NCBI GenBank assembly: GCA_046563655.1
Contig: CM102285.1
Span: 8,556,001-8,620,000, forward strand
Length of the DNA: 64,000 nucleotides
Source of the DNA: Yuukianura sp. NJ FZ-2021
Lineage: Eukaryota
Reading direction: 5' to 3'
The notes beneath the pieces are model-generated. The model searched no databases, was not told the DNA's origin, and saw only the letters and a program-made list of their open reading frames with translations. A program made the translations under genes and the position numbers. Positions 60,301-64,000 of this stretch are shown piece after piece; the stretch's first letter is position 1, and each line of letters starts with the position of its first letter.

Positions 60301-62030
60301 GAAACAAGAAACAAAAAAATACATTCATCTTTCTCACACTTGCACGGACGTCGGCTTTTGACATTGAAAAGATGCAGACAATCTATGTAACCGCTGGCAG
60401 CAACTGCTACAGTTCCGTTCATCAACTATGACGACGACAATCACAAAACCAGAACCAATCCTAACTTAACGTTAGAAATGAAGCAACAAAGGACTCCTTC
60501 GCCTTAAAACTGTATCAGACCTCAACAAAAGTTTCTTGATTCGTAATGCTTCCGAGTTGTGAAAGAAAGACGACAAGTTTCGAGTTTTGGCTCGGTTGAA
60601 TGGCGAAATTTGAATAAATAAATGTAATGTACCCAATACTAGTGTTAAAATTAAAAATTAGTTAAAATATAAATTGCTACAAAGTTTTGACTGCATTCTT
60701 TGACCTCTGATTCCACAATGTTCAAGTCGAAACTTAGGTTTTTAAATTCGACATGGTTTCAGGGATTGGAAGAAAACGGAATGTTGAACAATGTAAACTC
60801 TAATAGCCCTACTTCCATTTAAAGATAATAGGAGGCTAGGATACTGAACTGCAACTGATATGATTTATAGTTTCAACTTCAAGTAAACGTTAGATACGTA
60901 TTAACTTTGTTATTTTCTTTTAAAAACAAGAAACGTCCTTCCCCAAAAGTACTTTGTACAAGGCGTTACGACCACGACCTTAGCTCAAATCTCATGGAAT
61001 GTTAAGATGATGTAAGAATAAATTATATACTTCTTTTGTCTTCTTCCAATCATCGGGAAACCTAATAGGAACTAACTGCCCCACCCTTGACAGAGATGCC
61101 TTATCCGGTCCGTGAATAACTTGTAATTTACGCGACGCCTTCAACATGCTTAAATTCGCTTCATAGTTGTTTAAGAACTAAAACAAACAGAAATGACCTT
61201 AAATATCCAACAAGTTATATTACGAGTTAGTTTAGCAAGCAAAAGATAAAGATGTGATTTTGCTGCAATCATTTCTAAATTGTGCACATTTGAGCCTCAT
61301 TCGGTTCCACTACAATTATTTTTGTGCCAAACAAAGAGCACGGGCAATTAGAGGATATTGACTCGGAATGGATTTTCTGTTTTCTTTCCTGGTTTTTGTG
61401 AATGGAAGGGGAAAATAGTCTAACAGTAATTTCAAATTCGATTTCGATTGACCAAAACTATTCGAAAGCCTGTTGGCCTGCTATAAATAGTTAATCTGTC
61501 TCGCCAAATTATTTACGAAAACAAAAGCAGACCATTAGTCTCCTCCATACTATGAATTTATACCTTTTTAGTAGGTACTAGCTTGATCGTGCGAAAACTG
61601 CTTCGATCAGTGCATTAGTAAATATGAAAACACAATTAACTCATAAGTCATAAGTACCGTCACTCAGGTTTAACATGTGATGAGTATTTTAACGTCGGTC
61701 AAACATCACAACACTATAGATTGCTATGGAATTTTAAAAACCTTAATGATTTGCACGAGACTACATTGCGATTGTTAAATCATCGCTTCCATACATGACC
61801 CTCCTGAACGAATAACGGAAAATTGCATTTCTAGATTTTCATTTTAAGGAAATCAAACGTTAAATCCAATCCAATCATGGCTCAAAGTGCATCAAAGTTA
61901 ACGAGAAAGTAGGTAGTTACTGGATAGCAGATAAGCTGCAGAACCACTAAATTCACTGAAGCAATGGACTTAATTTTTAAATAACTAAAAGCTTGTAATC
62001 CTTACGTAGTTTCCATGCTCGCTTCGACAT
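39328..62030 (-). CDS. KATNB1: Katanin p80 WD40 repeat-containing subunit B1, about 813 aa, 17 coding exons
   Basis: Exons 62030-62006, 55645-55515, 52734-52587, 52513-52443, 50720-50595, 49724-49537, 48958-48805, 48707-48544, 48468-48338, 48195-48148, 48047-47693, 47628-47301, 47072-46905, 46787-46711, 45596-45522, 41911-41792, 39460-39328 (2442 nt, phases consistent, GT-AG). Protein: [66 protein letters not shown]..., WD40 repeats, S/P-rich linker, C-terminal con80 domain ([13 protein letters not shown]...[18 protein letters not shown]...[12 protein letters not shown]). Confidence 0.96.
60089..60148 (-). other. Candidate 60-nt symmetric cassette exon in KATNB1 intron 1
   Basis: tattttacAG acceptor, CA|GTAATT donor, phase 1/1 matching the flanking exons, open frame [20 protein letters not shown]. 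Confidence 0.3.
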
Positions 62031-63799
62031 GGTTTTTCCAAATGGTTCCCTCATCCGGACATAACCCGTAACTTCAAACGAATCGAAAACGATGTTGTTG
62101 TAGATCTCCTGGATATTACGGTGAAGTCACTGTGCCCTCAATGTAGAAATCCCGACGAAAACTTTCTCAGCTTAGTCGTCAAATACTATAAGAAGTGACC
62201 AAAACAATTTTATCATCCAACTTAACAAAATGCACTGGCTGCTGGGCTGGGAGACTGATTAATTCAAAGACTTAAGATGGAGAAAACTGTATCTACTACT
62301 ACAATAATTATCCAGAATCAAACTTATTTTGTGAATAAACTGGTTAATTTGTTGTTTGAATTGAATCGATTGACACAAACTCTCACCTCTATCAGCTTCA
62401 GCTGATGAATGAGGACTGAGAAGAGGTTCTTGCAGCAACACGATGATAAGATTATTACATCCTATGCCTATCGTGTGAGGTGCAGGTTGCAGTAGAATTC
62501 TTTTTATTTATCTCTTTCACCCAATATCTGTTCATAGCTGGCCATCTTATACCGTAAACTAAAAGTTGCATTAATTTGTTAAAGTTGATTTTATTTATTA
62601 TTTTAATTATTGCGTTACTACTTATAAGCGTTTACAAATCAAAACTACAACAGAATTATTCTAATTTCAGCTTTTTTTAAGGAAACCCATAAAGTGGCCA
62701 ACGAATCAACAAAATAGTTGAAGATAAAATCGCGCTTTTGCAATACCAAATAAACTTGGCAAAGTAGATGCGCATCTCTGCAAACACTCGTCGCCCTTGT
62801 GTCGTTTGTGAAACCCGATCCAGAATTTGAGTTTGTGGAAGGTCGAAGTATAAGAGTTGTAATCACAGGTACACCCAGTAAGCACCCACCGCCTACTGGC
62901 ATATAAACTGAATATGACTTAATTATGTGAGTAATTCATTAACATTTGGTGCTTCATTTTTAATTTTACAATTACTCACGTAATTGTTAACAATTAAAAA
63001 ACTTAATATAAATAACATGGTAAGAAAGGGAAAGAAAATTTGTGGGTTACAAACAATGCACTTTCGCCGTACTTATATAGGAATTGAGAACGAGCGGGAA
63101 AACATGAGAATTGAGTCTGACAACAACATGTGGTTGACGTTACCATAAACCAGCTTGTTGTAATTTCAATCCAACTTGAAACGACGTTTCAAATTTTCAA
63201 TTTACTATTTAATTCAATGAATAAAAATATCTGAAATTATGAAATTGTTAAAGTCCTTTTTCACTAAATTATGATCACAGTGAATGGTACTGCATAAGGT
63301 TCTACGTAAAAGTTGTTTGAGTGCTCAATAGTGTATGTGGAAACTGGAACGGCAGATTCGCAACGCCAAAACAATGTGTGGGTACTTGGTGTTCTCTCGT
63401 GTTTACGATAACTAAAATTTTCAATTTGTTAAGTTGTTTTTGTTTACATCTTTTTCAAAATAATTTTTCACAATTTATTGAAGAATTTACGAAAAATATT
63501 AAAAGATCATCGCAATATTTTGTTTGGAGTTTGGTCACGAGAGACGACTGGGGACTGGGGACCGAAACGTCATTAAGTTTGCAATTGCCCGAAGACGACT
63601 TAGACTAACTTACTGCAGTCGGTTCGGTACAGGTACCTTAAAGCCAAATATTCGATTTTCAAATAGTAGGAACAATCATCAATTCCCTGTTGAAGTTGAA
63701 TCCTAATTTTGAAAATAATTTGGTAACTTTATTTATTTTAAATAGTAAGTTGCTGTGCATCGACTTCATCTGATGCGATTTATGATGATTTCTAACAAA

Positions 63800-64000
63800 A
63801 TGGCGCTGCGATGTTTCTTTCCTCATAGTCGTAGCTGGACTCACAAACTGTACACGAGCACGTGCTGTTGTATGTATTCAACGTCTCCGACTCCGAAACA
63901 AACGCCGAGTACAACTGTCGTAACCGGAAGTTCCAGCGAATTCGGAATCAATGAAAAGGAGGTGGTCATCGCTGGAGTTTCATACAAACGGGACGCTTGG
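63800..64000 (+). CDS. FARS2: Probable mitochondrial phenylalanine-tRNA ligase, 5' partial
   Basis: aaaATGG start, open to the window edge: MALRCFFPHSRSWTHKLYTSTCCCMYSTSPTPKQ...EKEVVIAGVSYKRDAW. The N-terminus lacks acidic residues and is R/S/T-rich like a mitochondrial presequence; V.I.G.SY..D.W resembles the start of the FARS2 fold. Only 67 codons are visible. Confidence 0.6.
   Translation, partial: MALRCFFPHSRSWTHKLYTSTCCCMYSTSPTPKQTPSTTVVTGSSSEFGINEKEVVIAGVSYKRDAW

Overview
AT-rich, intron-containing animal genomic DNA, most likely arthropod/hexapod (inferred from protein sequences and many 60-110 nt GT-AG introns). No prokaryotic-type features, CRISPR arrays or recognisable transposon ORFs were seen. 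Most ORFs in the supplied track are antisense shadows or intronic noise, so gene models were rebuilt by hand from splice sites. Gene order: MEP-1-like chromatin protein (-, 5' part, runs off the left edge); KIAA1143 homologue (-); RAB5IF/C20orf24 homologue (+); tRNA-Arg(UCU) with a truncated tandem copy just upstream; core-binding factor beta / Big brother (+, 6 coding exons, 14.6-kb intron 3); katanin p80 KATNB1 (-, 17 coding exons, about 813 aa); and the start of a probable mitochondrial Phe-tRNA synthetase (+, runs off the right edge). The most interesting signals are non-coding. (1) Two GC-rich islands upstream of the MEP-1-like start share one design: a G-quadruplex-capable strand with two mutually exclusive C-rich partners. 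(2) A strand-specific 21-bp hairpin sits next to a four-tract G-quadruplex downstream of KATNB1, with a related module in a KATNB1 intron. (3) KATNB1 and CBF-beta have candidate alternative terminal or cassette exons. (4) A recurrent, often palindromic CCCTTRA/TYAAGGG motif runs across the CBF-beta locus, and a Runx-site cluster lies downstream of it. All non-coding interpretations come from visual inspection and are hypotheses.
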